64,000 nt of DNA from NCBI GenBank assembly GCA_043817235.1, contig JBDRHA010000011.1, forward strand, positions 35,223-99,222. The letters are read 5' to 3'. How positions within the stretch are numbered: position 1 is the stretch's first letter; every line of letters starts with the position of its first letter. This document shows, in pieces, positions 28,003 through 37,616 of the stretch. This stretch comes from Candidatus Shapirobacteria bacterium (GTDB lineage: Bacteria > Patescibacteriota > Microgenomatia > UBA12405 > BS750m-G30). The position numbers and the translations under genes were made by a program. The notes beneath the pieces are model-generated. The model was not told the origin of the DNA. It did not search any database and saw nothing but the letters and a program-made list of their open reading frames with translations.

Positions 28003-28030
28003 TTACCTCTTCGGAGACTGCTTTTTCTTG
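28003..28030 (+). repeat. copy (d): the authentic rpsI 3' end, reference copy of the repeated core
   Basis: TTACCTCTTCGGAGACTGCTTTTTCTTG encodes ..KKKQSPKR-stop on the minus strand. Confidence 0.65.
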
Positions 28031-28413
28031 CGGGCGCGGCCCATTTGCCCAGCTTTTCTTCTCTCTCTTATTCGCGAATCAACCGTGAGCAAGCCCTTCT
28101 CGCGCATGAGAGGCCTATAAACACCTTCGTTATACTTTACTAAAGCCCGAGCTAATGATAAAGATATTGCTTCTGCCTGGCTTTTAAAGCCGCCGCCTCT
28201 TACCCAAAAATAGCCATAAAACTTTCCTTGGCATTCACCGGCAATTAAAGGTTTTTCATAAATTGCCCTTAGTCTTTCGCCGGGAAAATATTTGGCAATT
28301 GGCCTTTGATTAACTGTAAATTCTCCCTTCCCTTCAAATAAGCGAAGGGTGGCCGAAGCCTCTTTTCTTCTTCCTTTGGAATATATGTATTTTTTCTTTC
28401 TGCCTTTAGCCAT
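28003..28413 (-). CDS. rpsI: 30S ribosomal protein S9
   Basis: Ends ..RRKAGQMGRARKKKQSPKR. Start set at MAKGRKK (ORF track 28461). Confidence 0.85.
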   Translation of the reverse strand: MAKGRKKKYIYSKGRRKEASATLRLFEGKGEFTVNQRPIAKYFPGERLRAIYEKPLIAGECQGKFYGYFWVRGGGFKSQAEAISLSLARALVKYNEGVYRPLMREKGLLTVDSRIRERRKAGQMGRARKKKQSPKR

Positions 28414-28840
28414 TGTCTTTTGCTTTAACAAACTCCATTTTAGCGTAAGGGTGCTTGTCATCTTTGTAAACCTTTAATCTCGTCATTCTTTTTTTTCTTA
28501 GTTTATTTTTCGGAAGCATCCCCCAAACCGCTTTTTCAATTACCATCTTGGGGTTTTTTTCTTTTAAATCTTTTAAGCTAATTTCTTTAATCCCTCCCGG
28601 GTAGCCGGTATAGTGCTGATAAAGCTTGTCTTTAAGCTTATTGCCGGTCACTCTAATTCTTGAGGCGTTAATAACGACTACATTGTCTCCTTGGTCCAGG
28701 TGATAGCTAAAAGAAGTTCTGTGTTTGCCCATAAGCAGTAAAGCAACTTGGCTGGCAAATCGGCCCAAGATTTCCCCTTTGGCGTCTAAAAGATGCCAAT
28801 TTCTTTCTCCTTTTTTCTTTTTACTATGCACTGTTTTCAT
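28406..28840 (-). CDS. rplM: 50S ribosomal protein L13
   Basis: NWHLLDAKGEILGRFAS...YHLDQGDNVVVINA is the L13 signature. Confidence 0.85.
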   Translation of the reverse strand: MKTVHSKKKKGERNWHLLDAKGEILGRFASQVALLLMGKHRTSFSYHLDQGDNVVVINASRIRVTGNKLKDKLYQHYTGYPGGIKEISLKDLKEKNPKMVIEKAVWGMLPKNKLRKKRMTRLKVYKDDKHPYAKMEFVKAKDNG

Positions 28841-29292
28841 TTCTTCTTTTCTTTTTTAACCTGATCTTTTTGCTTCCTGGTTTCCTTTTTAATTTTTTTA
28901 TCTTTATTTTTTTTGATCTCTTTTTTTACCCCGCCCTGACCGTCAATAAATTCAACCATTACTAAAAGAGCATTGTCGCCCCTTCTTCTTGCTAGTTTTC
29001 TTTGCCGTGTTATTCCCCCTTCATTTTTCTGAAAACGAGGAAGAATATCTTTAGCGATCTGATTAACAAATTTTTCATCACCAAATAAAGAAAAAGCAAA
29101 CCGCCGGCCGGAGAGATCGTTTCTTTTTAATCGGGCAATTATCCTTTCAGCTAAAGAAACAGCCACTCTAGCCCTGGTCAAAGTGGTTTTGATTTTGCCA
29201 TGCAAAAACAAATCCCGAACTAAATTTTTCTTTAAAGCCCGGCGCTGATCATAGTTTCGGCTTAACTTTTTCCTTTTTTTTAAGTGGCGCAT
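28837..29292 (-). CDS. rplQ: 50S ribosomal protein L17 (Lys-rich C-terminal extension)
   Basis: MRHLKKRKKLSRNYDQRRALKKNLV...GKIKTT is the L17 N-terminus. Confidence 0.8.
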   Translation of the reverse strand: MRHLKKRKKLSRNYDQRRALKKNLVRDLFLHGKIKTTLTRARVAVSLAERIIARLKRNDLSGRRFAFSLFGDEKFVNQIAKDILPRFQKNEGGITRQRKLARRRGDNALLVMVEFIDGQGGVKKEIKKNKDKKIKKETRKQKDQVKKEKKK

Positions 29293-29297
29293 TAATT

Positions 29298-30212
29298 TTA
29301 ATCCTCCAAATTAACTCCCCGGTTAGCTAAAACTTTAGCTAACTGCTGGAAAGATTTCTCTCCAACATTCTTTACCTTTACCAAATCTGCTTTTTTCATT
29401 CCCTCAAAATCCGCTAGCTTCTTAAATCCACTCTTTTTTAAGGCATTAACTAATCTTAGGGGCAGATCAAGCTCCTCAAGGTAAAGAGAAAGATTGTCAT
29501 TATTGTCTTTCTTTTTGACACTTTTTGCTTCTTTTTTGACTGGCTTAACAATCAAAGAAAAGCCACTTGCCAACGTTTGAGCTGCTTGCTTTAAGGCAGA
29601 CGAAGGGCTAATTGTTGCGTCTGTCCAGATTTCCAGCTCCAGCTCATTCATCCCTTTTTTCTTGCCTACACGCATTTCTCTCACCTGATAAGTAGCCTTA
29701 GTAACAGGAGAATAGATCGCGTCAATAGGTATCCAGCGCACCTTATCGCTCTTATTTTCCTCTGCTAGAGAATAACCCGCATCTTTCTTCGCCTCAAAAT
29801 CTATTTTCAGCTCCGATTGACGATTAGCAAGATGAGCTAAAACTAGATCAGGATTAGCAATTTCAACGCCCGTAGGTGTTTTAATATCTCCAGCTTTTAC
29901 TTCCCCCGGACCTTTTTTATTCAGTTCCAGACGAAAAGGCTTGTCTTTTTCTGATCTGATCCTTATTTGTTTAATATTCATAATAACATCAATCAAGTCT
30001 TCCTTAACGCCTTTCAGCAAGGCGAAGGGGTGGTTGGCGCCCTTTACCCTAATCTGTGTAATGGCGATACCCGGAATATAGCCCAAAAGAACCCGGCGCA
30101 AAGAATTGCCAAAAGTATGACCGAAACCGGAGGGCAAGGAAGAAATGACAAAGCGCCCGTAATCTTGAGCTTTATTTTCCTTTTTAGTGATCCAAAATTT
30201 AAAACTTTCCAT
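29298..30212 (-). CDS. rpoA: DNA-directed RNA polymerase subunit alpha
   Basis: N-terminal-domain motifs GFGHTFGNSLRRVLL and a C-terminal HhH domain. Confidence 0.85.
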   Translation of the reverse strand: MESFKFWITKKENKAQDYGRFVISSLPSGFGHTFGNSLRRVLLGYIPGIAITQIRVKGANHPFALLKGVKEDLIDVIMNIKQIRIRSEKDKPFRLELNKKGPGEVKAGDIKTPTGVEIANPDLVLAHLANRQSELKIDFEAKKDAGYSLAEENKSDKVRWIPIDAIYSPVTKATYQVREMRVGKKKGMNELELEIWTDATISPSSALKQAAQTLASGFSLIVKPVKKEAKSVKKKDNNDNLSLYLEELDLPLRLVNALKKSGFKKLADFEGMKKADLVKVKNVGEKSFQQLAKVLANRGVNLED

Positions 30213-30270
30213 TCTTTTTAAAACCTCCTAGTGCTTATTTTAAGCAAATTAAAATTTAATATAATATTGT

Positions 30271-30891
30271 TTAGCGAGAATAATACTCTATAACCAAGCC
30301 GGGGTCCAAGTCTGCCGGCCAATCTTTAACCTCCGGTTCTTTGCCTACCTTACCTATCAAGCCCTTTTTGGCCAACCAAACCGGAATATTTATATCTTTT
30401 TTCTCCAGCCAGCTTTTGATATGAACCAGATTAGCAGCTTTAGCTGACAACTCTACTCGGTCTTTTGGTCTCACCTGATAAGAAGGGATTGTTACTTTTT
30501 GATCATTAACCTTAACTTGACCATGAGCAATAAGCTGTTTAGACGCGGCCCGAGAAGGGGCAAAGCCCAAGCGATAAACAACATTATCCAGCCTCGCTTC
30601 TAATAAACGGACTAAATTTTCTTCAGGCTGTCCGGCTAAGCTTTCCGCGCTAAGGAAATAATTTTTAAGCTCCCGCTCCCTAAGGCCATAATATCTTTTT
30701 ATTTTCTGCTTCCCTCGAAGCTGAGTGCCAAAGCCGGAAAGCCGCAAGCTGCTTCTTAAACCATGGTCTCCAGGCGGAACTCCGCCTTTTTTATCTATCG
30801 GGCATTTAGGCGAAAAACAGCGTTCCCCTTTTAAATAAAGCTTTGCTCTTTCCCGGCGGCAAATTCGGCACTTTTTAGGCATACTGGCCAT
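30271..30891 (-). CDS. rpsD: 30S ribosomal protein S4
   Basis: N-terminal Zn-ribbon CRICRRE..C..PKC and an S4 domain. Confidence 0.85.
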   Translation of the reverse strand: MASMPKKCRICRRERAKLYLKGERCFSPKCPIDKKGGVPPGDHGLRSSLRLSGFGTQLRGKQKIKRYYGLRERELKNYFLSAESLAGQPEENLVRLLEARLDNVVYRLGFAPSRAASKQLIAHGQVKVNDQKVTIPSYQVRPKDRVELSAKAANLVHIKSWLEKKDINIPVWLAKKGLIGKVGKEPEVKDWPADLDPGLVIEYYSR

Positions 30892-30892
30892 G

Positions 30893-31282
30893 TTAAATTC
30901 TTCTCCTTTTGGGTGGTCGCGGGCCGTTATGAGGAAGGGGAGTAATGTCGGAAATGGCCAGCAGATCTATTCCCCTTCTTGCGCCTAATATTTTTAAAGC
31001 CGCATCACGGCCGGGACCCGGACCCTTAATATAAACTTCCAGTTTTTTTAAACCTAAATTTTTAATAATTTCTATGGCTGACTCCAGAGTGGTGTTGGCC
31101 GCATAAGGAGTTGATTTTCTGGTTCCTTTAAAACCTAAGCGTCCGCTTGAAGTCCAAGCTAAAGGATAACCCTTTTCGTCGGTAATAGTAACTACTGTAT
31201 TATTAAAAGAAGCAGTAATATAAGCCCGACCCTCACCGGTCAGAGATCTTTGCTGTTTTTTTACTTTATCTTTTTTTGCCAT
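30893..31282 (-). CDS. rpsK: 30S ribosomal protein S11
   Basis: ASFNNTVVTITDEKGYPLAWTSSG is the S11 signature. Confidence 0.85.
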   Translation of the reverse strand: MAKKDKVKKQQRSLTGEGRAYITASFNNTVVTITDEKGYPLAWTSSGRLGFKGTRKSTPYAANTTLESAIEIIKNLGLKKLEVYIKGPGPGRDAALKILGARRGIDLLAISDITPLPHNGPRPPKRRRI

Positions 31283-31285
31283 TTT

Positions 31286-31702
31286 TTAGCTTTTCTTTTC
31301 TAAAGCCTCCTTTTGCTGAGCTTCAATTTTGGCCCACATTTCTTTAGTTAAAGCGCCAACAGTCTTTTTCTTGCCTCTCTTGGTGCGGGCATTAACTCTT
31401 GTTCTCTGTCCTCGGACAGGTAAGTTTACGATATGCCTGATTCCTCGATAAGAGCGAATGGCCTTAAGTCTTTCAATATCTCCTCTTATTTCCGCCCGCA
31501 GATCTCCCTCAGTTTTATAAGAGCGCACACCAGCCAGAAGCCGGCTAATTTCTTCCGGCGTCAACTGCGCTGCCCTTTTGTTCGCATCAAGATTAGATAT
31601 TTTAATTACTTTTTTAGCTCGACTAGGCCCAATGCCGTAGATTCTTGTTAAGGCAACTTCTAGTCTCTCCTTGTCTGGAATTTGAAAACTACCTAATCTC
31701 AT
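31286..31702 (-). CDS. rpsM: 30S ribosomal protein S13
   Basis: ..RIYGIGPSRAKKV.. is the S13 signature. Confidence 0.85.
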   Translation of the reverse strand: MRLGSFQIPDKERLEVALTRIYGIGPSRAKKVIKISNLDANKRAAQLTPEEISRLLAGVRSYKTEGDLRAEIRGDIERLKAIRSYRGIRHIVNLPVRGQRTRVNARTKRGKKKTVGALTKEMWAKIEAQQKEALEKKS

Positions 31703-31704
31703 TT

Positions 31705-31818
31705 TTAACCTTGCCTTTGCTTATGCCGAGGATTTTTACATATAACAAAAACTTTGCCTCGTCGGCGCACAATTTTGCATTCTCGGCATCTTCTTTTAAC
31801 ACTTGGTTTTACTTTCAT
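31705..31818 (-). CDS. rpmJ: 50S ribosomal protein L36 (37 aa)
   Basis: Hand-translated minus strand: [37 protein letters not shown]. Below the ORF-track size cut-off. Confidence 0.85.
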   Translation of the reverse strand: MKVKPSVKRRCRECKIVRRRGKVFVICKNPRHKQRQG

Positions 31819-31822
31819 TTTC

Positions 31823-32044
31823 TCATTTTTCCCGATAAATAATTCTTCCCTTGGTAGAGTCATTGGCATCTATTTCCACCCTTACTTTGTCTCCCGGAAC
31901 AATTCGAATATAGTTAAGCCTCATTCGCCCGGAAAGATAAGCCAAAACCTGCTGACCATTTTCCAGAGTTACCTGAAAAGTTGTGTCAGGCAAGGGTTTT
32001 GCCACCACACCACTAAAAATATGTTTTTGACTGTCTTTGGACAT
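31823..32044 (-). CDS. infA: translation initiation factor IF-1
   Basis: S1-like OB fold: [33 protein letters not shown]. Confidence 0.85.
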   Translation of the reverse strand: MSKDSQKHIFSGVVAKPLPDTTFQVTLENGQQVLAYLSGRMRLNYIRIVPGDKVRVEIDANDSTKGRIIYREK

Positions 32045-32780
32045 AGTTCCAACTAAACGGAGTTAATTCTTCCGCTCGGTTTTGGTCAACTAAAATTGTT
32101 TTCTCAAAAAGTGCTGTCATTTTACCATCTTGAGCACTAATTGTCCACCCATCGGGTTCAAGCTTAATTTCTCCGCTTCCTTTAGAGTAAATTATTTCTA
32201 TTGCTAGAGTCATTTCCTTTTTAAGCTTAGGTGTATTTTCTGCCTTCCCTTTTAAAAAACCGGGTATATTAGGAAAAACATGCAATTTCGACCCCACTCC
32301 ATGGCCGGTAAGATCTTTAACTACTTTGTATCCAGAGTCTTCAATAGATTGCTGAATTGCTCTAGATAAATCACCCACAAATCCTCCTGCTTTTGCCATC
32401 AAAATTGCTTTTTGCAAGGCTGTTTCACCTGCTTTAAGAAATTCCGATTCTTTTTTAGTTCCCACTTCTAGCGTATAAGCCATGTCAAAATGCTGGTTTT
32501 TAAAAACTAGACCCATGTCTAAACTAACTAAATCCCCTTTTTTTATTTCCTTTTTATCCGGAATGCCATGAACTACACCAGAGTTTAAATTAATGCAGGT
32601 CGCCCACTGATAGCTGCCCACAGTTTTAAACGAAGCATCAAAGTCTTCTTTATCCAGCCAGTCTTGAGCAATTTGATTAATTTCTTCCAGCCTTTTTCCC
32701 TCTTTTATCTCCTCAAGGGTCTTGCCAAAAATATCACTTAATTTTCTTCCTCCATAGGTTAAAGCTTTCTTATCGCTCAT
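32013..32780 (-). CDS. map: type I methionine aminopeptidase
   Basis: Pita-bread metal-ligand motifs (..HGIPD...[12 protein letters not shown]..). Start trimmed to Met15 of the ORF-track call to avoid a 53-nt overlap with adk. Confidence 0.75.
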   Translation of the reverse strand: MSDKKALTYGGRKLSDIFGKTLEEIKEGKRLEEINQIAQDWLDKEDFDASFKTVGSYQWATCINLNSGVVHGIPDKKEIKKGDLVSLDMGLVFKNQHFDMAYTLEVGTKKESEFLKAGETALQKAILMAKAGGFVGDLSRAIQQSIEDSGYKVVKDLTGHGVGSKLHVFPNIPGFLKGKAENTPKLKKEMTLAIEIIYSKGSGEIKLEPDGWTISAQDGKMTALFEKTILVDQNRAEELTPFSWNYVQRQSKTYF

Positions 32781-33384
32781 TTTCTTTAGATATCTTATAG
32801 ACTCTATTTCTAATTTCGGCATGAATCGGCTTGATCCTTCTTTCTCCGTTAACCTCAGCTAAAATTCCCCTTTTTTTATAATAAGCCAGAATAGGATTGA
32901 TGTTTTCTCCATACTCTTCCAGCCTTTTTTTAATTGCGGCTTGGCTCTCGTCTTTTCTTTTTTGATTCGGATAAAACCCTTTTCCTTTTTGAGCTAGTTT
33001 ATTTCGCCGCTCCGTTATTACGCTAGGCCTTACTTTAAGATGAATTACCAGATTCAAAAAAGAATTATGCTTAAGCAAAAACTCATCCAAAAGAGGCGGC
33101 TGGCCTGACAGGCGAGGAAAACCATCTAAGATAAATCCTTTCTTTAGTGCTTTTTTTAATAGGGGACTTAGAACGGACATAGTTAAAGCCGTCGGAACCC
33201 ATTTTCCTTGAACAACATACTTTTCTGCCAGCTTGCCTTTTTTTGTTTTTTTCTCAATTTCCTTTCTAAAAATCTCGCCCATGGAAATATGCTCAAGACC
33301 AAATTCCTTTTCCAAAAACTTGGCCTGAGTGCCCTTGCCGCTGCCAGAAGGGCCAATAATTATTAAATATAAGGGTCTTTTCAT
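32770..33384 (-). CDS. adk: adenylate kinase
   Basis: P-loop IIIGPSGSGKGTQA. Confidence 0.85.
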   Translation of the reverse strand: MKRPLYLIIIGPSGSGKGTQAKFLEKEFGLEHISMGEIFRKEIEKKTKKGKLAEKYVVQGKWVPTALTMSVLSPLLKKALKKGFILDGFPRLSGQPPLLDEFLLKHNSFLNLVIHLKVRPSVITERRNKLAQKGKGFYPNQKRKDESQAAIKKRLEEYGENINPILAYYKKRGILAEVNGERRIKPIHAEIRNRVYKISKENER

Positions 33385-33385
33385 T

Positions 33386-34675
33386 TTAAAAATATGATTG
33401 GTAACGCCAGGTTTGAACTAGATTTTCCAGCAAGCGGTGCAACTCTAAAACTACTGACACAACAATTAAGATTCCTGTCCCGCCTAAAGATAAAGTCGAA
33501 AGATTAGTTATATTTTGACTTAAGGAAGGAAGAACAGCAATAAGGCCTAAAAATACCGCGCCGGCCGCTGTCACCCGAGAGAGTAAAAAAGAAAGGAACT
33601 TTTCTGTGCTAACTCCTGGGCGTACGCCAGGGACAAAAGCGCCGGACTTTCGTAAATTTTCAGCTACGTCCTTAGGGTTAAAAACCACGGTAGTATATAA
33701 ATAGGCAAAGCCCACCACGAAAATAAAGTAAGAAATACTATAAGATAAACCATTAACCTGAAATAGGCCGGAAATGCGCTGGCCAAAATTAGCTAAGCCC
33801 TCAATTTGAACTTGGGTTAAAAAACGGCCAATCAGCTGGGGCAAAGACACTAAAGAAAGAGCGAAAATAATCGGCATAACTCCGGCACTATTAATTTTTA
33901 AAGGCAAATAGCTTTCCTGGCTGGCCGCACCCGCTCGAGCCCGACGAGCATAACGAACAGGTACTTTTAAAAAGGCTTCGTCCACCAAGGTGATGCCCGC
34001 TACCAGGCCAATGCTCATTATAAAGAAAATCAGTAAGCCAAAAATATTTGATTGGGAGGCAACCGAAAAGGATTGATAAAAATTAATGGGATAACGGCTC
34101 ACAATTCCGGCGAAAATAAGCAGAGAAATGCCATTGCCTATCCCATACTGGTTAATTAGCTCCCCGAAAAACAAGAGGAGAACTGTTCCTGCCGTCATCG
34201 TCAAAACAAAGCTAAGCAAAAGAGGAAAAGACAAGGGCTCTATTATTCCCTGACTTTTAAGCAGAGCATACATTCCTATTGACTGAAGAACGGCCAAGGG
34301 AATAGTCGTTAGCCGAGTATACATGGTCAATTTTTGCCGGCCGTATTCTCCTTCTTCTCTAAGCTGTTTAATTTGGGGAAAAACAAATCCTAATAATTGG
34401 AACATCACCGAAGCATTAATGTAAGGAGTAACGCCCAAAGCACAAATGGAAAAATTAGCTAAAGTACCTCCGGAAAACATGTCCAGTAAAGCCAGAAATT
34501 GATTTTGATTAAAAAAAGACTGTAAAACTTGCGTCTTTACCCCAGAGCTGGGAAGATGAGCTAGCAGCCGAAAAACGAAAAGAATAAGCAAAGTAAAAAG
34601 CATTTTCTTTCTAACCTGAGGAATTTTCCAAGAGTCAATATAAACTCTAAGAGCCAAGATGATCTTTTTTTTCAT
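33386..34675 (-). CDS. secY: preprotein translocase SecY
   Basis: 10-TM SecY topology at its conserved position after rplO. Confidence 0.85.
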   Translation of the reverse strand: MKKKIILALRVYIDSWKIPQVRKKMLFTLLILFVFRLLAHLPSSGVKTQVLQSFFNQNQFLALLDMFSGGTLANFSICALGVTPYINASVMFQLLGFVFPQIKQLREEGEYGRQKLTMYTRLTTIPLAVLQSIGMYALLKSQGIIEPLSFPLLLSFVLTMTAGTVLLLFFGELINQYGIGNGISLLIFAGIVSRYPINFYQSFSVASQSNIFGLLIFFIMSIGLVAGITLVDEAFLKVPVRYARRARAGAASQESYLPLKINSAGVMPIIFALSLVSLPQLIGRFLTQVQIEGLANFGQRISGLFQVNGLSYSISYFIFVVGFAYLYTTVVFNPKDVAENLRKSGAFVPGVRPGVSTEKFLSFLLSRVTAAGAVFLGLIAVLPSLSQNITNLSTLSLGGTGILIVVSVVLELHRLLENLVQTWRYQSYF

Positions 34676-35118
34676 CTGTCAATCCGGCCGCCAGCCTTGA
34701 TAATCTTTTTGGCTGCAGATTGAGAACAGGGTATTTTTACTTCCAGTTTTTTAGTAATCTCTCCATTGGCTAAAACCTTTACTTTCTTATCTTTTGCCCT
34801 TATCATTCCCTTTTTAATCAGGGTTTTAAAATCTACCCTTTGCCCAGTCTTAAAGCTTTGGCTAAGTTCGCCCAGAGTTAAGATTTTCCCCTCGTCTGTC
34901 TTTCTCATCTTTCCTTTGCCGCGCAAAAAAGGAAGTCTTTTTAGCCAAGATTTCTTTACTTTTGTTCCGCTAAAACCCAGGCGAACTTTCCCTCGAGCCT
35001 TATTGCCTTTACTTCCCCGTCCAACCGTATGGCCTCCTTTTCCTGAACCGTAGCCTCGACCAAGCCTTTTGGCTCGCGATTTAGTCTTAGTTTTAGGTAA
35101 AGAGCTTAAGCTAATCAT
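34672..35118 (-). CDS. rplO: 50S ribosomal protein L15
   Basis: Gly/Lys-rich L15 N-terminus (..GRGYGSGKGGHTVGRG..). Confidence 0.85.
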   Translation of the reverse strand: MISLSSLPKTKTKSRAKRLGRGYGSGKGGHTVGRGSKGNKARGKVRLGFSGTKVKKSWLKRLPFLRGKGKMRKTDEGKILTLGELSQSFKTGQRVDFKTLIKKGMIRAKDKKVKVLANGEITKKLEVKIPCSQSAAKKIIKAGGRIDR

Positions 35119-35573
35119 CCTCTTAAGCTATCTAAACCTTTAAAGACCGCCTTTAGGTTAGCATTTTTATTGGCGGATCCGAGCATTTTAGCAATCAGGT
35201 CCTCAATCCCGGCCACTTGAGCAATAGACCTTATAACTCCTCCGGCAATAAGGCCGCTTCCCTTTCTGCCTGGCTTAACCACCACTCTTGCCCCTTTAAA
35301 TTTAGCCATAAAGCCATGAGGAATATTTTGATTTTTTAATCTAATCTGAATCGCGCTTTTTCTTGCTTTTTTCATCGCTTTTTTGATTGCCCCGGGAACA
35401 GATTTCGCCGAAGAAAGAGCATACCCGACTTTCCCTTTCTTGTTGCCCACTACTGCTAAAACAGTAAAAGCTATTTGGTTGCCGCCTTTGGTTTTTTTAG
35501 AGGTTCTTTTAACTTCCAAAATCCTCTCTTCCCATTCACTGTTTCTTTCTTCTTTTTCAAAATTATTAGCCAT
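35115..35573 (-). CDS. rpsE: 30S ribosomal protein S5 (no L30 gene follows it)
   Basis: S5 dsRBD plus C-terminal domain. rplO overlaps its 3' end directly, so rpmD is absent. Confidence 0.85.
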   Translation of the reverse strand: MANNFEKEERNSEWEERILEVKRTSKKTKGGNQIAFTVLAVVGNKKGKVGYALSSAKSVPGAIKKAMKKARKSAIQIRLKNQNIPHGFMAKFKGARVVVKPGRKGSGLIAGGVIRSIAQVAGIEDLIAKMLGSANKNANLKAVFKGLDSLRG

Positions 35574-35589
35574 TGCTTTGTCTTAAAAT

Positions 35590-35934
35590 TTATAAGCTCA
35601 GTCCTCCTTGACGAGCTCCTTCTGCTAAAGCTTTAACGCGTCCATGATAAGCATAACCTGAGCGATCAAAAACTACTTTTTTAATTCCTAAAGACAGTGC
35701 TTTTCTAGCTATTTCTTCCCCTGTAAGATAAGCTATTTTGGTCTTATCCGTCTTGTCTTTTTTCTTCAATAAAGTCTTGCTGAAAACCGATAGCAGGGTT
35801 TTGCCGGTGGGTAAATCTACTATTTGGCCTAAAATATGACTATTTGAGCGGCAAACAACCAATTTTCGCCCCCTGTTGAGCTTTTTAATTCTGCCTCTGA
35901 TTTTTCTGGCTCTTCTTATTCTTGTCTCTTTCAT
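35590..35934 (-). CDS. rplR: 50S ribosomal protein L18
   Basis: L18 signature. Confidence 0.85.
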   Translation of the reverse strand: MKETRIRRARKIRGRIKKLNRGRKLVVCRSNSHILGQIVDLPTGKTLLSVFSKTLLKKKDKTDKTKIAYLTGEEIARKALSLGIKKVVFDRSGYAYHGRVKALAEGARQGGLSL

Positions 35935-35936
35935 CT

Positions 35937-36485
35937 TTAAGCACCTGCCTCGCTTTTGGCTATTTTACCAGGTTTTAACTTAATTTCCTCATCAGAATAG
36001 CGAATTCCTTTGCCTTTATAGGCATCAGGTGGAGCAACTTTCCTTAATCTTGCCGCAAAAAGACCCACCTGTTGGCGATCTGGTCCTTTAATTGTAATTT
36101 TATTTTCAGCTGCTTCGGCTTTAAGGTTACCGGGAACTTCAACTTTGACCGGGTGAGAATAGCCCAAAATCAACTCCAGCCAATTATCTTTTAAATTTAC
36201 TTTATATCCAGTCCCCACTACTTCCAGCTGCCTTTCCCAACCCTCGCTTACGCCTTTAACGGCATTAGAGAGCAAGCTTCTTACTGTTCCGTGATTGGCT
36301 CGAGTTTTTTTGTCCTCTCGATGGCGGGTAATAATCAGGGAATTATCTTCTCGTTTCACCTTAATCGCCAAAGGAATCTCAACATTTACTTCCCCCAAAA
36401 CACCTTTTACCAGAATTTTATCTGGCTCTAAAACTACTTCAACTGAATCAGGTATTAAAACCGGTTGTTGTCCTATTTTTGACAT
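35937..36485 (-). CDS. rplF: 50S ribosomal protein L6
   Basis: Duplicated L6 fold. Confidence 0.85.
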   Translation of the reverse strand: MSKIGQQPVLIPDSVEVVLEPDKILVKGVLGEVNVEIPLAIKVKREDNSLIITRHREDKKTRANHGTVRSLLSNAVKGVSEGWERQLEVVGTGYKVNLKDNWLELILGYSHPVKVEVPGNLKAEAAENKITIKGPDRQQVGLFAARLRKVAPPDAYKGKGIRYSDEEIKLKPGKIAKSEAGA

Positions 36486-36488
36486 TTT

Positions 36489-36866
36489 TTACCACAAAAC
36501 AGCAATAACTTCCCCGCCTAAATTCTTTTTTCTCGCCTCTCTGCCACTCATTATTCCTCCAGGTGTACTCATAATCACCACGCCACCAGGAGCGGGAAAA
36601 TAAGGAATATTTTTGCTTCCCGCATAAAAACGGCGTCCCGGCTTAGAATAAAGCTTAATTTGCCAAAATGGCCTTTTTTCTTTGGAAACTAACTCCACCG
36701 ATAGCATATTCTTTTGCACCTCGGCTTTAACCAAAAAATCACTTTTGACTAAAAGATCGGCAACTTCTTTCTTTATTCGGGAAAAAGGAGTAGTTAAAGA
36801 CATTTTCCCCGATAAGTGGGCATTTTTAAGAATAATTAAAAAATTTCCAAGTGGGTAATTGTTCAT
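36489..36866 (-). CDS. rpsH: 30S ribosomal protein S8
   Basis: S8 signature. Confidence 0.85.
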   Translation of the reverse strand: MNNYPLGNFLIILKNAHLSGKMSLTTPFSRIKKEVADLLVKSDFLVKAEVQKNMLSVELVSKEKRPFWQIKLYSKPGRRFYAGSKNIPYFPAPGGVVIMSTPGGIMSGREARKKNLGGEVIAVLW

Positions 36867-36870
36867 TTTT

Positions 36871-37056
36871 TTACCAGCTGGCCTTTCTTACTCCAGGCAA
36901 TAATCCTTCCCGCGCAAGCTTTCTAAAGCAAAGGCGGCAAAGACCAAAAAAGCGCAAATAACCATGTGGCCGGCCGCACAAGCGGCAACGATTATGATAC
37001 CGTACTTTATACTTTAACTTTTTTCCTTCTCTTACTATTTTTGCTTTTGACGCCAT
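36871..37056 (-). CDS. rpsN: 30S ribosomal protein S14 type Z (zinc-binding, 61 aa)
   Basis: C..C...C..C motif [23 protein letters not shown]. Confidence 0.85.
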   Translation of the reverse strand: MASKAKIVREGKKLKYKVRYHNRCRLCGRPHGYLRFFGLCRLCFRKLAREGLLPGVRKASW

Positions 37057-37599
37057 TTATTTTCCTTTTTCTACCAGTGGCAGGCCTAGAGCCAATAATA
37101 ACTCTTTAACCTGTTTCTTTTTAGCACTAGAAACAACAAAAGTAATCTCTACTCCTTTAATTCTTTTAATCTCTTCTGTCGGCAGGGTAGGAAATACTGT
37201 TTGTTCAGAAATACCCAGGCTATAGTTAGCTTGAGAATCAAATTTACTGGTAGGCAAACCTCTAAAGTCTCTTAAACGAGGTAAAATTAACTTTACGATT
37301 ATCTCAACAAAATCATACATTCTTTTGCCGCGTAAAGTTGACTTTAAACCGACAATCTCTCCTTTTCTAAGTTTAAAACCGGAAACTGCTTTTTTAGCCC
37401 GATTAATCCTGGGTTTTTGCCCAGTAATCAAGCCTAGCTGCTTGCTAAATTCCTCAATCAAAGCTGGATCATCCTTTTCTGCCGCTATTCCCATATGAAC
37501 AACTATCTTCTCTAAGGCAGGAACTTCATGCAAATTAGAAAATCCTAATTTTTCTGCTAATTCCGGTTTTATTTTTTCTTCCCAATCTTTTCTTAACAT
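37057..37599 (-). CDS. rplE: 50S ribosomal protein L5
   Basis: L5 signature. Confidence 0.85.
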   Translation of the reverse strand: MLRKDWEEKIKPELAEKLGFSNLHEVPALEKIVVHMGIAAEKDDPALIEEFSKQLGLITGQKPRINRAKKAVSGFKLRKGEIVGLKSTLRGKRMYDFVEIIVKLILPRLRDFRGLPTSKFDSQANYSLGISEQTVFPTLPTEEIKRIKGVEITFVVSSAKKKQVKELLLALGLPLVEKGK

Positions 37600-37616
37600 T
37601 TTTTATTTACCTCTTT

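Noticed and set aside
22928-28030. Interpreting the recurring ..CTCTTCrGAGAyTGCTTTTTC.. motif as a family of rho-independent terminators
   Set aside because: The stems are only 3-4 bp with little GC content. Copy (a) lies in a divergent promoter region, not after a gene. The reference copy is the coding 3' end of rpsI, with codons and stop preserved in two relics. So att-like duplication explains the motif better. It is retained as an alternative in the finding.
28003-28030. dif/Xer-like site as the recombination target
   Set aside because: The core lacks the 11-6-11 inverted-arm architecture of dif sites.
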